The notes under the pieces are model-generated. The model did no database searches. It saw nothing but the letters and a program-made list of their open reading frames with translations, and had not been told where the DNA came from. From Minisyncoccota bacterium (GTDB taxonomy: Bacteria; Patescibacteriota; Minisyncoccia; Phycocordibacterales; CAJBRS01), in contig DASRDX010000009.1 in assembly GCA_035652395.1 (NCBI GenBank), positions 272,411-336,410 on the forward strand: a DNA stretch of 64,000 nucleotides, given 5' to 3'. Shown in pieces: positions 28,281 to 37,999 of the stretch. The translations under genes were made by a program, and so were the position numbers. The number at the start of each line of letters is the position of its first letter. Position 1 is the stretch's first letter.

Positions 28281-29387
28281 TTATTTCACAAAAAATTTGG
28301 CGATGTCGTGATAAGTAACAGCGATCATTAAAAGAATTAGAAGGGCGAAGCCGATGTTGTTGAGAGCGTTTGCCACTTTCGGTTTAATTGGCGACCCTTT
28401 TATAGATTCAATTATAACAAAGAGTAATCGTCCCCCATCAAGCGCCGGAAACGGTAGGATGTTGATTAGAGCCAGATTAATAGAGATAAGCGAGGTGAAA
28501 GCAATTAAATAGAGAAACCCGAGAGAGTACGCTTCTCCAACATAATTGACAATGCCGACCGGCCCCGTCACTTGTGAAAGGTCGGGATGACCGACGAAGA
28601 TATTTTTGATGAAGGTGGCTAGTCCAACAGCCGTCTGGCTAATAACGGTGCCAGTAACCTTCGTGCCATCTGCGATGGCCTGTAGAGGATTATCTTTCAG
28701 CACCCCAACTTCTTCCATCGAAATTCCCAGAGCAATTTTATCTGCGACTAGGCCATTCTTGGCGGTAGCTGTCGTAGAATGCGGCACTGACTTTCGTTCG
28801 TAATCGATGGCGATAGGACTTCCATTACTCTTGGCAATTAAATTCTGAACATTTTCGGATGTAAGGGATGAGCCTTCCAGAGTTTCGGAACGCGTTGAGA
28901 CGGAATTTAATTGGTCGCCGGCGGCCAGTCCGGCTTGGGCCGCCGGCGAGTTTGGCAGAACGTCCGAAATAAGAACATGAGCATTTTGAACGTTGGTTAA
29001 ACCGAGATAGCCAACCGGAGCCGAAAGTCCCGACATAAAACTGCCGGTAAAAAGTATCCAAGCAAAAAGGATATTAAAGGTGACACCGGCAATTAAGACT
29101 AGAGCCTGAATATATTTGGGTTTGTTGACGAAACTCCGACGACTGTCGGGACCACTAATGGAAGTCTCGTCCGGATCTTCGCCAAAGATCTTGACGTAAC
29201 CCCCAAAAGGAATGAGATTGAGAGAGTAGTGGGTTTCGCCGCGCCGGAACGATAGTAGGCGGGGCGGAAAACCTAAAGCAAACTCATCAACTCGAATACC
29301 GAAAAGCTTAGCCACCACAAAATGACCAAGCTCATGAACGAAAATAAGAACGGCGAGAACAATAATAAAAATGATGATGGCCAGCAT
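28281..29387 (-). CDS. rseP: RIP metalloprotease RseP (site-2 protease, M50)
   Basis: HELGHF zinc motif, PDZ domain, LDGG motif. Confidence 0.85.
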   Translation of the reverse strand: MLAIIIFIIVLAVLIFVHELGHFVVAKLFGIRVDEFALGFPPRLLSFRRGETHYSLNLIPFGGYVKIFGEDPDETSISGPDSRRSFVNKPKYIQALVLIAGVTFNILFAWILFTGSFMSGLSAPVGYLGLTNVQNAHVLISDVLPNSPAAQAGLAAGDQLNSVSTRSETLEGSSLTSENVQNLIAKSNGSPIAIDYERKSVPHSTTATAKNGLVADKIALGISMEEVGVLKDNPLQAIADGTKVTGTVISQTAVGLATFIKNIFVGHPDLSQVTGPVGIVNYVGEAYSLGFLYLIAFTSLISINLALINILPFPALDGGRLLFVIIESIKGSPIKPKVANALNNIGFALLILLMIAVTYHDIAKFFVK

Positions 29388-29400
29388 AAGAATTTAGATA

Positions 29401-29952
29401 CTACGACATGATTTCTTTCTCTTTCTTGGACGCCTGTTCATCAATTTTCTTGCTAGCTTCCTGAATAATTTTTTCCATTTCTCCCTTCAGTCGCGTTCGC
29501 TCGTCTTCACTGATAGTCCCATCTTTTTCTTTTTGCTGAAGATCTTTCCAGGTTTTGTCGCGTTCCTGACGCAGTCGAATACGTGCTTCCTCAGCTTTTT
29601 CATTTACAACTTTATTCAAAGTGGTTCGTCTTTCGGTTGTTAACTCCGGAAAAGAGACGCGCAGACCTTTATCATCCGAGGCAGCCGAAACGCCCAAATT
29701 GCTGGTAACAATAGCTTTTTCAATATCCTTAGCGACGGACATGTCCCAAGGAGTGATGCGCAAAGTGCGCGGATCTTCGATAGTGACGCTAGCCAAAGAA
29801 GTGATGTTGGTCCGAGAGCCGTAAGCCTCCACCTGAAGAGAATCCAATAAGACGGGGGTGGCGCGGCCTGTCCGAATACCCGAAAACTCCTTGGAAAGCC
29901 AGCCTTCCGTTTCTTTTACTTTGTTTTTGAGAGGGTTAAAATCGTAAGCCAT
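29401..29952 (-). CDS. frr: ribosome recycling factor
   Basis: full-length RRF similarity. Confidence 0.95.
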   Translation of the reverse strand: MAYDFNPLKNKVKETEGWLSKEFSGIRTGRATPVLLDSLQVEAYGSRTNITSLASVTIEDPRTLRITPWDMSVAKDIEKAIVTSNLGVSAASDDKGLRVSFPELTTERRTTLNKVVNEKAEEARIRLRQERDKTWKDLQQKEKDGTISEDERTRLKGEMEKIIQEASKKIDEQASKKEKEIMS

Positions 29953-30248
29953 TTTATATAGTATTTAACAAAATCTTAGCATATTTAAATTAAAAAACCC
30001 GCCATCAGAGGATGGTAGGCTTTTGATAGGGTTGTCGGAAAGAGGCTCCGCGAGAGTTATTCTTGTTTTGGTGGTTTTTGAAAGGTTTGGGAAAGGCGAT
30101 TTGTTTTGCGCTGGAATCCAGAAGCAGTGAATCACCCCCCTGTAGGTTGGAACAGAGCCGCGTTAGAGAGCTATCCTCTCTTCGGAGTTTTCGAATATTA
30201 CACATATTTAATGAACTAAAATCCTTTCAACTTATATTATATCAATCG

Positions 30249-30923
30249 TTAAACCAGAGTTAAAGCTAGATATTCTAAAATAAGTTTGGCGGAAGAAGAC
30301 TGGTCTTGGAGAAAACTGCGCATTTTTATCAGCTCTTCCAGACTTTGGCGATCCACTTCGGAGATTTTGGGAGAGATGGCGGCGGATTTTATTTTTTCTA
30401 TCTCATTTAAGAAAAATAATAGATCGGTTTTAGAAATTTTCTCATCCTTGAGGTCCTCAATCATTCCTTTAACTATATCCAAGCGCTTTGACGGGCTAGC
30501 TTTGAGGAAGGCGGCGGCGCGGCCGGCTTCGCCAGCCGCTCCCTGCCCCATCTTTATAATTACCGCTCGCGATTGCAGAGTAGGCAGCAATCTTTCCACA
30601 CTGGGCACAATTAAGAAAAAATGCGTGCCAGTCGTCGGCTCTTCAAAGATTTTCAAAAGAGAGTTCTGGGCCTCGCGGGTAATAGAATTGACGGCAATCA
30701 CAAAAATCTTTCGATCGTTTCCGAAAGATTTTTGTGATTGCCGTCCTACCAATTCTCTTGCCTCATCAACCCCGAATTTATCGTGCTCGGCTAAATAAAA
30801 ATCGGGATTGCCTTGCAGAGAAAAATCTAATTCCTTTTCTAAAAAATCTTTTACCTCTTCTAAAACTACCTGTCTATCCCCTTCGATTAAATAAGCGTGG
30901 TGAAGATTCTTAGAATCAAACAT
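30249..30923 (-). CDS. holB: DNA polymerase III delta-prime subunit-like (clamp-loader AAA+ fold, short)
   Basis: HAYLIEG, NSLLKIFEEP and TLQSRA motifs typical of delta-prime. Confidence 0.75.
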   Translation of the reverse strand: MFDSKNLHHAYLIEGDRQVVLEEVKDFLEKELDFSLQGNPDFYLAEHDKFGVDEARELVGRQSQKSFGNDRKIFVIAVNSITREAQNSLLKIFEEPTTGTHFFLIVPSVERLLPTLQSRAVIIKMGQGAAGEAGRAAAFLKASPSKRLDIVKGMIEDLKDEKISKTDLLFFLNEIEKIKSAAISPKISEVDRQSLEELIKMRSFLQDQSSSAKLILEYLALTLV

Positions 30924-31937
30924 TTATCTTTTAGCAATAATACTCTTCTTATAAACATCCAAATGCTCCAAAGCAATACCGGTTCCTTTTGCTACGCAAT
31001 ATAGAGCATCGTCGGCTAGGGTAGCTTTCACTCCGGTACGGCGAAATACTAGTTCTGGAAGATTGCGAAGTTGCGATGACCCGCCCGTCATGATAATTCC
31101 CTGATCGATAATATCGGAGGCCAGCTCTGGTGGAGTTTCTTGCAAAACATCTTTAATGGCCTTAACCATGTCACGCAATTCTTTGGAAATAGCTTTTACT
31201 ACCTCATTTGTACGAAGTTCAATGGAGCGTGGCAAACCCGTTAAAAAATCACGGCCTTTCACTATTACAGCTAATTCCTCGTCCATGGGGACGGCGGAGC
31301 CAATTTTAATTTTAATTTCTTCGGCAGTTCGATCACCGATGGCTAAGTTGTAAGTTTTTTTGATGTAATCAATGATGGCGTAATCAATGCGATTACCGGC
31401 TACTTTTACCGAAGTGGAAGAAACAATACCTCCAAGAGAAATCACGGCTACGTCAGTAGTGCCTCCGCCGATATCTACAATCATGTGCCCCATCGGCTCT
31501 TGTATTGAAATACCGGCGCCGATGGCAGCCAGAATTGGTTCCTTAACTACGTAAGCATTCTTAGCTCCGGCCTTAATAGCCGCTTCAATCACTGCTCGTC
31601 GCTCGGTGGAGGTGACGCCAGCCGGTACGGAGACCATTACTTCCGGTTTAAAAATATTCCACTTGCCAAGAGCTTTATTGATGTAGTAACGGAGCATGGC
31701 TTCGGTCACTCGGTAATCGGCAATCACTCCATCTTTCATCGGCCGATAGGCCACAATGCTTTCGGGAGTCTTTCCGATCATTTCTTTGGCCTCGAGGCCA
31801 ACGGCCAAAATCTTATTGTCTTCTTCCGAGACGGCCACCACGGATGGTTCATTCAAAACTACTCCTTTTCCCGGCACAAAAACCAGAGTGTTAGCAGTGC
31901 CCAAATCAATGCCTAATTTTTTGGAGAAAATGGCCAT
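30924..31937 (-). CDS. second MreB/Mbl-like actin homologue
   Basis: IDLGTANTLVFV and the other actin-fold motifs; distinct from the mreB at 25620. Confidence 0.9.
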   Translation of the reverse strand: MAIFSKKLGIDLGTANTLVFVPGKGVVLNEPSVVAVSEEDNKILAVGLEAKEMIGKTPESIVAYRPMKDGVIADYRVTEAMLRYYINKALGKWNIFKPEVMVSVPAGVTSTERRAVIEAAIKAGAKNAYVVKEPILAAIGAGISIQEPMGHMIVDIGGGTTDVAVISLGGIVSSTSVKVAGNRIDYAIIDYIKKTYNLAIGDRTAEEIKIKIGSAVPMDEELAVIVKGRDFLTGLPRSIELRTNEVVKAISKELRDMVKAIKDVLQETPPELASDIIDQGIIMTGGSSQLRNLPELVFRRTGVKATLADDALYCVAKGTGIALEHLDVYKKSIIAKR

Positions 31938-32004
31938 AAGTTCTTCGTATTGTAGCTTTTTAGCTAATTTTTACAAACGTAGACTTTTCTGGGAAAATGA
32001 CGGC

Positions 32005-33915
32005 ATGAGACTGATTGAAGTCATTCCTATTTCAAAAGGCATTTCTTATGAAGTGCTCTCGTATTTCAGTGCTGAAGATATTCCGCTTGGATCAATGGTG
32101 GAAGTGGAACTGCGTAAAAGAAAGATTAAGGGACTGGTGGTTAGTTCGCGCGATGCGACGGAAGCGAAGGGTGAAATTCGCGCTGCGGATTTCACCCTGA
32201 AAAAAATTGAGAAAGTGGAATTCAATTTTTTTCTCTCTCCCGCTTTCATCCGGACCGCTCAAAAAACTGCCAATTATTTCGCCGGTACTACCGGAGCGGT
32301 TCTAAACTCACTTATTCCGAAGACAATCTTGAATGATGAAGAGCTGATGAAGAGGGCGGCGCCGGAAACCAAAGGCGCCACCATCCCCTCCTCCACTAAA
32401 TCTGAGACTCACATTATTCAGGATTCCGATCCAGATCGTTTTGCCTCCTATCGAAAACTGGTGCGCGAAGCTTTTGCTCGAGGAAAATCAATTTTTATTT
32501 TAGTACCAACACACCAGAGCGCTCTCAATTTAAAATCTCAGCTTGAAAAAGGTATTGAAAACCACACTTTTTTACTTTCGGGCAGTCTTTCAAAGAAAAA
32601 GTTGGGAGAATTTCTCCAAAAGATAGAGACGGATAATCATTCAAAACTCCTAATTGGAACTGCCCAGTATTTATTTTTAACCACACCGAAAATTGGAACT
32701 CTGATTGTGGAGGAAGAAAGCTCGGGAGCTTATCGGTCCTTAAGCCGGCCGTTTATTGATTTTCGATATTTTGCCGAAAATCTGGCTCACGAAAGTGGCT
32801 TTGAATTGATCCTAGCCGATCAATTTCTGCGAATAGAAACTCTCAATCGTTATGATGAGAAAGAAGTGGTGGAGAAATCACCTTTAAGATTCCGGATAGA
32901 AGATGCTGCTCCCTTGGAAATAATAGACATGCGCAAATACCGCAAATCCTCAGGCGCTTCTTTCCAGGTCTTAAGTGAGGAATTAATTTCCCAAATTAAA
33001 GAAATGATTAAACGGGAAGAAAGAATGTTTATCTTCACAGCCAGACGAGGCCTCTCTCCTACTACAGTCTGTTCCGACTGCGGCACCATCGTCACCTGCC
33101 ATACCTGCGGAGCACCGGTAGTCTTGCATAAATCAAAAAAAGATGAAAAGGAGAACTTTTTTCTCTGCCATCATTGTGGCGAGAAAAGAAGCGCCCTGGA
33201 GCGCTGCGCCAATTGCGGCGGCTGGCGACTGACATCTTTGGGTATTGGCATTGAGAAAGTAGAAGAGGCTTTAAAAGAAGAGTTTTCCAACCTCTCAATT
33301 TTTCGGATAGATAAAGAGAGTGCTCCGACCGATAAAAAAGCCTTGGATCTTCTAAAGAAATTTCATAACAGTCAGAAATCAATTCTACTTGGAACTGAAA
33401 TGATTTTTAACTACATGCATCAACCGATTCCTTATACCGCCATTGCTTCCATGGATTCGTTGTTTTCTCTGCCGGATTTTCACATCAATGAAAGAATTCT
33501 GCACCTTTTACTTTCAATCCAAAACTTAACGGAGAAAAATATGTTGATTCAAACCCGTGAGCCGGATCAAAAAGTTTTGCAAAAATTTTTAGAAAATCAT
33601 TTAACCGAATTCTATCGGGATGAATTGAAGGAAAGAAAAGCTCTGGGTTATCCGCCATACAAAACCATCATTAAATTAACCCTCGAAGGAACAAGAGTAG
33701 TGATTGATAAAGAATGGCCACGAGTAGAGAAAGATATTAAGGAATATCAACCCATTGTCTTCCCCACCTTAGTTGGCCTCGGCAAAGGAAAGGTGGCTCT
33801 GAACGCCTTACTTAAAATAGACAGTCGAAATTGGCCCAACGAGAATCTCTTGGAAAAATTATTGGCCTTACCCCCAAATTGGACATTAAAGATAAATCCA
33901 GAAAGTTTAATTTAG
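32005..33915 (+). CDS. priA: primosomal protein N' (PriA)-like with a Cys-rich zinc region but degenerate helicase motifs; the listed ORF start at 31756 overlaps mreB and is rejected in favour of the ATG at 32005
   Basis: colinear with E. coli PriA; CSDCG..CHTCG..CHHCG..CANCG zinc ribbons; Walker A replaced by DSDPDRFA and DEEH by EEES. Confidence 0.75.
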   Translation: MRLIEVIPISKGISYEVLSYFSAEDIPLGSMVEVELRKRKIKGLVVSSRDATEAKGEIRAADFTLKKIEKVEFNFFLSPAFIRTAQKTANYFAGTTGAVLNSLIPKTILNDEELMKRAAPETKGATIPSSTKSETHIIQDSDPDRFASYRKLVREAFARGKSIFILVPTHQSALNLKSQLEKGIENHTFLLSGSLSKKKLGEFLQKIETDNHSKLLIGTAQYLFLTTPKIGTLIVEEESSGAYRSLSRPFIDFRYFAENLAHESGFELILADQFLRIETLNRYDEKEVVEKSPLRFRIEDAAPLEIIDMRKYRKSSGASFQVLSEELISQIKEMIKREERMFIFTARRGLSPTTVCSDCGTIVTCHTCGAPVVLHKSKKDEKENFFLCHHCGEKRSALERCANCGGWRLTSLGIGIEKVEEALKEEFSNLSIFRIDKESAPTDKKALDLLKKFHNSQKSILLGTEMIFNYMHQPIPYTAIASMDSLFSLPDFHINERILHLLLSIQNLTEKNMLIQTREPDQKVLQKFLENHLTEFYRDELKERKALGYPPYKTIIKLTLEGTRVVIDKEWPRVEKDIKEYQPIVFPTLVGLGKGKVALNALLKIDSRNWPNENLLEKLLALPPNWTLKINPESLI

Positions 33916-33918
33916 CCT

Positions 33919-33931
33919 TATAATCTAAAGA
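33919..33931 (+). promoter_or_regulatory. TATAAT -10 box 6 nt upstream of the def ATG (leaderless-type arrangement)
   Basis: seen in sequence. Confidence 0.4.
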
Positions 33932-34479
33932 TGGTCAAAATTCTTCAAAGAGATGAACCGGTTTTGAGAAAAATTGCTGAAGAAGTAGCAATTGAAGAAA
34001 TCAAAGGTTCAAAAATAAAAAAAGTAATCGCCGATATGAAAGCGGCTCTGAAATCGCAGGACGACGGCGTGGCTATTGCCGCCCCGCAGATTGGACAGCC
34101 ACTGCGAATTTTTGTCATTTCCAAAGAATTAATTAATAACATTTTGGGCAAGGAGAAGGAAAAGGATCAAAAATCTAAAATAGTTCAGATACAAAACGAA
34201 GTATTTATTAATCCAGTTATTACTAAGCTTTCAAAGGACAGGCAAATGATGGAAGAGGGATGCCTGTCGGTGCGCTATCTTTATGGGAAGGTCAGTCGCG
34301 CTTCGCGCGCCTCCATTCGGGCTTATGATGAAGACGGTCGTCTGTTTGAACGCGGAGCTAGTGGTCTCTTGGCCCAGATCTTTCAGCATGAGGTCGACCA
34401 TTTAAATGGTATTTTATTTATTGACAGCGCCACCGATCTGGAGGAAGTTCCTCCGGAAAAGGGTCAGAAAAGCTCATGA
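33931..34479 (+). CDS. def: peptide deformylase
   Basis: APQIG, EGCLS and HEVDH motifs; TATAAT lies 6 nt upstream of the ATG. Confidence 0.95.
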   Translation: MVKILQRDEPVLRKIAEEVAIEEIKGSKIKKVIADMKAALKSQDDGVAIAAPQIGQPLRIFVISKELINNILGKEKEKDQKSKIVQIQNEVFINPVITKLSKDRQMMEEGCLSVRYLYGKVSRASRASIRAYDEDGRLFERGASGLLAQIFQHEVDHLNGILFIDSATDLEEVPPEKGQKSS

Positions 34480-35339
34480 GTAATGAAGATCAAAACTGGG
34501 TCTTTTTTGGTACCTCAGACTTTGCCGTTATTTTGCTTGAGGAATTAAAAAGGGCTGGAATTTTACCGAATTTAATCATTACGACTCCGGACCGACCGAA
34601 GGGACGGCATCGGGAGATGACGCCGTCGCCCGTTAAGGAGTGGGCGACGGCTAATGACATTGAAATTCTTCAGCCAGAGCGCCTGAAAGATGAGGAATTC
34701 ATTTCTAAACTAAAAGCCAAAAACTCCAAACTATTTATAGTGGCAGCCTACGGTAAAATCATCCCAAAAATTATTTTGGATTTACCAGCTATTGGTTCCT
34801 TTAATATTCATCCATCACTTCTCCCAAAATATCGCGGTCCTTCCCCACTTCAATATCAGATTTTAAATGATGAAAAGGAAATTGGAACAACTATTATTAA
34901 AATGGATGAGGAAGTCGACCATGGACCGATTTTAGTACAGGAGAAAGTAGATATTCCGGATTGGCCAGTCTCTTTCAAAAAACTGGAGAAAATAATGGCG
35001 GAGACGAGCGCCAGAAAACTGGCCGAGATTTGGCCAGCTTTCTGGCGCTCGTCTCTTCCGTCACTAAAAGATCAAGATCATTCCGTAGCCACTTTCACCA
35101 AAATGATCACTAAAGAGGACGGGTTGCTTAAGACAGAAGACGATAGTTACCAGAATTATTTAAAATATCTGGCTTTTGAAGAATGGCCTGAAACTTATTT
35201 TTTCCAGGAAGGCGAAAACAAATCGGTGCGCCTCAAAATCAAAGAGGCGCACCTCCAAAACAATCAATTCATTATTGATCGCGTCACCCCGGAGGGAAAA
35301 TCAGAGATGTCTTACGAAGATTTTCTAAAAGGTTTCTGA
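34476..35339 (+). CDS. fmt: methionyl-tRNA formyltransferase
   Basis: formyltransferase domain with HPSLLPKYRG; overlaps def by 4 nt. Confidence 0.95.
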   Translation: MSNEDQNWVFFGTSDFAVILLEELKRAGILPNLIITTPDRPKGRHREMTPSPVKEWATANDIEILQPERLKDEEFISKLKAKNSKLFIVAAYGKIIPKIILDLPAIGSFNIHPSLLPKYRGPSPLQYQILNDEKEIGTTIIKMDEEVDHGPILVQEKVDIPDWPVSFKKLEKIMAETSARKLAEIWPAFWRSSLPSLKDQDHSVATFTKMITKEDGLLKTEDDSYQNYLKYLAFEEWPETYFFQEGENKSVRLKIKEAHLQNNQFIIDRVTPEGKSEMSYEDFLKGF

Positions 35340-35478
35340 ATCAATTTCCGCTGAAGGATTAGCCAGATGGCCGCCCAGAGCATTAGCTTTGTAAGCGGCA
35401 AAAACTAAAACGGCGGTAATTAAAACGCATCCCACTAATACAAAAGTGGAAACCCATCTGTCGGCCCGTTGATTAAAA

Positions 35479-35883
35479 TTAAATGATTTCATCTTCAGTA
35501 TCTCCCACCTCTTCTCTTCCCCACAAACCCCTAATCATGGCTTTCATGCGTTGCCCTCCGCTGCGTATACTCCAGCGCTGCTTTCTCTTTCGTTTTCGTA
35601 GTTCCCGCAAAAGCTCATCTCGAGCGTCATCAATGGCAGCATATAAATCCTCGGTTTCTGAGACAGCTCGGAGACAATTGCTGCCGATACAGAAATTAAT
35701 TTCTGCCCGAAAAACGTCGCCTTGCCTATGATGATTAGTACTTTTCCCTAACTCAACATTTACTAAAACCGTGTCTGGATCAGTGTCTTGAACAAATCTC
35801 TCTGTCTTCTCTAGACGTTTGTCCAAATAATCGGAAATAGCCTCCGACATTTCCATGTTAGTGGCTTTAATAGTGATGCGCAT
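35479..35883 (-). CDS. hpf: ribosome hibernation promoting factor / RaiA family
   Basis: MRITIKATNMEMSEAI...YLDKRLEK typical of HPF. Confidence 0.85.
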   Translation of the reverse strand: MRITIKATNMEMSEAISDYLDKRLEKTERFVQDTDPDTVLVNVELGKSTNHHRQGDVFRAEINFCIGSNCLRAVSETEDLYAAIDDARDELLRELRKRKRKQRWSIRSGGQRMKAMIRGLWGREEVGDTEDEII

Positions 35884-35942
35884 AAGCTAAATTTGAAAAT
35901 TTATAAAGTTCTTAAGATTATAAATAGGTCGAGGCTAATAAA

Positions 35943-36554
35943 TTATTTTTGATAGCGAGTATAAAGACCAATTAATTCCGTCTGTTGAAGAATGTGACCT
36001 TGCATAGCCGCTTCCACTTCAGCTTTAGTAGATCCTTCCGGCAAAGTTAACTTAGTATCAAGAGAATAGAGTTTGAAATGATAATGGTGCGTGCCGTTTG
36101 GCGGACATGGTCCGGTATAAGTCAAATTATTGGCTCCGCCTTTGCCAGCAGTACCGAGCGGCTCTTTCCCCTCTTCAATTGTCAGCGTTCGCGGATCAAT
36201 ATTGAATTTAACCCAGTGATCAAAGGTATGACCCACTACCGAAGCAGCATCCGGGTCATCTACAATTAAGACCAGAGACTTGGCGTTTGGATCAGTTCCC
36301 TCAATTTTTAAAGGAGGAACAATGTTTTCGCTATCACAAGTGTATTTAGCCGGTATATTACTATTATTGGAAAAAGCCAAACTAGAGAGATTAAGTGCCA
36401 TATTATTATTTTTGTTATTGCTAATAACGGCCTCGCGAGAGGTGCTTGAAAGACCGTTTGGACTATTTAGATTGGACGATTGGCTGCCTAAATATATGAC
36501 AATCACCAACACCACAACAGCAAAAACGATAAATAAAAAGTCCTTAAAACTCAT
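35943..36554 (-). CDS. YbhB/YbcL family PEBP (Raf kinase inhibitor-like) protein with N-terminal membrane anchor
   Basis: PEBP-family sequence DDPDA...HW..FN. Confidence 0.75.
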   Translation of the reverse strand: MSFKDFLFIVFAVVVLVIVIYLGSQSSNLNSPNGLSSTSREAVISNNKNNNMALNLSSLAFSNNSNIPAKYTCDSENIVPPLKIEGTDPNAKSLVLIVDDPDAASVVGHTFDHWVKFNIDPRTLTIEEGKEPLGTAGKGGANNLTYTGPCPPNGTHHYHFKLYSLDTKLTLPEGSTKAEVEAAMQGHILQQTELIGLYTRYQK

Positions 36555-36595
36555 GAATTGATTATATCAAAAATAAAATGCTCCATCGCTGGAGC

Positions 36596-37138
36596 CTAGC
36601 TAGAGTCCGTGGTTAGAGTTCTTTCCAACCTCTCTAAAAGACGGGTTACCCAGTCATTCCAGCCCAATTCATGATCCTTAAGTGGTCGATCGTCTTCCCT
36701 TCTAGCCTTCTCAATATTCTTTTGAGGCGTCAACATTTGACCATGATTTTGGCCGTGACCAGTGCAAAAGGTTAAGTTCCGGGTTTCCAAAACCTCTTGC
36801 TGGCAATACTCAATTCGATGAATGAGCTTGCCATATGGTTCATTAGGTACTTCTACACGAACGAAGTGCGCATTGAACTCGTCTGGGAACAAACAGCGAA
36901 TAATTTCTTGGTACCGATACGCATAATCTTCTCTAACGTAGATTAATTTCCCCTGATCGCAATGTTTACATCCGCTTCCTTTGCATTCTTTGCAATCCTG
37001 AAGTGGAGCAAATTGTCTAAGATTACGAGCTACCCAGATTAGATGTAAGCGTTGAGTACCAGGTCTTACCCCTGATCGATGCATTTTGAGATTCCTTTCT
37101 ACCTTAAAATTTATTATAGGAAAGATAAAAGTCAACAA
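36596..37138 (-). CDS. hypothetical Cys-rich protein (CKECKGSGCKHC)
   Basis: ORF only; start probably at the internal Met. Confidence 0.4.
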   Translation of the reverse strand: MLTFIFPIINFKVERNLKMHRSGVRPGTQRLHLIWVARNLRQFAPLQDCKECKGSGCKHCDQGKLIYVREDYAYRYQEIIRCLFPDEFNAHFVRVEVPNEPYGKLIHRIEYCQQEVLETRNLTFCTGHGQNHGQMLTPQKNIEKARREDDRPLKDHELGWNDWVTRLLERLERTLTTDSS

Positions 37139-37150
37139 CCTAAGATTTCT

Positions 37151-37830
37151 CTAGGTCTTGGAATGGGTCTTTCTCCACTCTATTAATCGGCCAGCTTTCC
37201 GCTCCATTTTATCCGCGGACCGAATGAATTTTTTATTTCCTTTCGGAATGATGGGTGTGTGACTAGAGTTTTCGAGTAAATCGTTTAAAAAGCCAAGGTT
37301 TTTTTCTGCCGTCACCCAACCCGCGGTTAATTTTTTAAGATTAAAAGGCTTTGAAGAATAACTGATTAAAGCTTTCCTACCATTTTTGTCGTTGAAGTAT
37401 TCATGAAAGTAAGAAAGGGCCAGTTCGCGCAAGTTCTGAAAAATCGGATCTCGAAATCGGATAGTGGCATGATTTGATTTGCTGATGGCTCCCCAATATC
37501 CGTTTTGCTTATAAAGGGCTACCACGTGACTATCATCTCCTTTGGCTTTCAAATCTAAAATGAGTGCTTCTTGTCCATGAAGCCAGAGGGTCAGAGCCGC
37601 TAACACCGCCCCCTCCAGACAATGTGCTTTCTTTTCTCGTAACACTCGCCGCGGTGACATTTGAGTGTCCCCATTTTTCTCCCAGTTAATCGCTAAGGTG
37701 TCCAGAAAATCTTGAATTTTAATTGGGGTATTTAGTTTTCTTAACACTTGAATTTCCTTCGGGCTCAAACCAATTTTTTCGGCTTTTTTATCAAAGCTCT
37801 GCTTTTTCATAGAAGTTATATTATCAAACA
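37151..37830 (-). CDS. hypothetical protein, possible Cys/His hydrolase fold; N-terminus trimmed from the listed ORF
   Basis: the first 44 residues of the listed ORF (MAPRVGIEPTT...) are the antisense translation of tRNA-Asn; the real start is placed at the Met in KMFDNITS. Confidence 0.5.
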
Positions 37831-37887
37831 TTTTTGCAAAATAGCCCAATTTTGCTATGATTTTGGCGTCTTTTACTAGGACACTAT

Positions 37888-37962
37888 TCCGCGGTAGCTC
37901 AGAGGTAGAGCGATCGCCTGTTAAGCGATTGGTCGTAGGTTCGATCCCTACCCGCGGAGCCA
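37888..37962 (+). tRNA. tRNA-Asn, anticodon GUU, CCA encoded (coordinates +/-1)
   Basis: manual cloverleaf: TCCGCGG acceptor, GCTC/GAGC D-stem, ATCGC/GCGAT anticodon stem with loop CTGTTAA, GTAGG TTCGATC CCTAC T-arm, GCCA 3' end. Confidence 0.9.
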
Positions 37963-37999
37963 TTGACTTTTAGTTCAGTCTTTCTAAGCTAGTCTAAGA

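Noticed and set aside
30005-30205. 66-aa minus-strand ORF in the holB-frr spacer
   Set aside because: It is basic and low-complexity, and it overlaps the terminator hairpin; more likely part of an ncRNA or 3'UTR.
29953-30248. SRP (4.5S) RNA in the holB-frr spacer, based on a GAAGCAG heptamer
   Set aside because: There is no GNRA tetraloop or conserved domain IV symmetric/asymmetric loops; the local hairpin has a 3-nt loop. It is kept only as a generic ncRNA candidate.
31756-32004. Upstream extension of the PriA ORF (listed start 31756)
   Set aside because: The extension lies entirely inside the second mreB gene on the opposite strand. PriA homology begins at the Met at 32005 (MRLIEVIPI...).
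37831-37963. N-terminal 44 residues (MAPRVGIEPTT...) of the ORF 37151-37963
   Set aside because: This is the antisense translation of tRNA-Asn (the classic GIEPTT artefact). The CDS is trimmed to start at the downstream Met.
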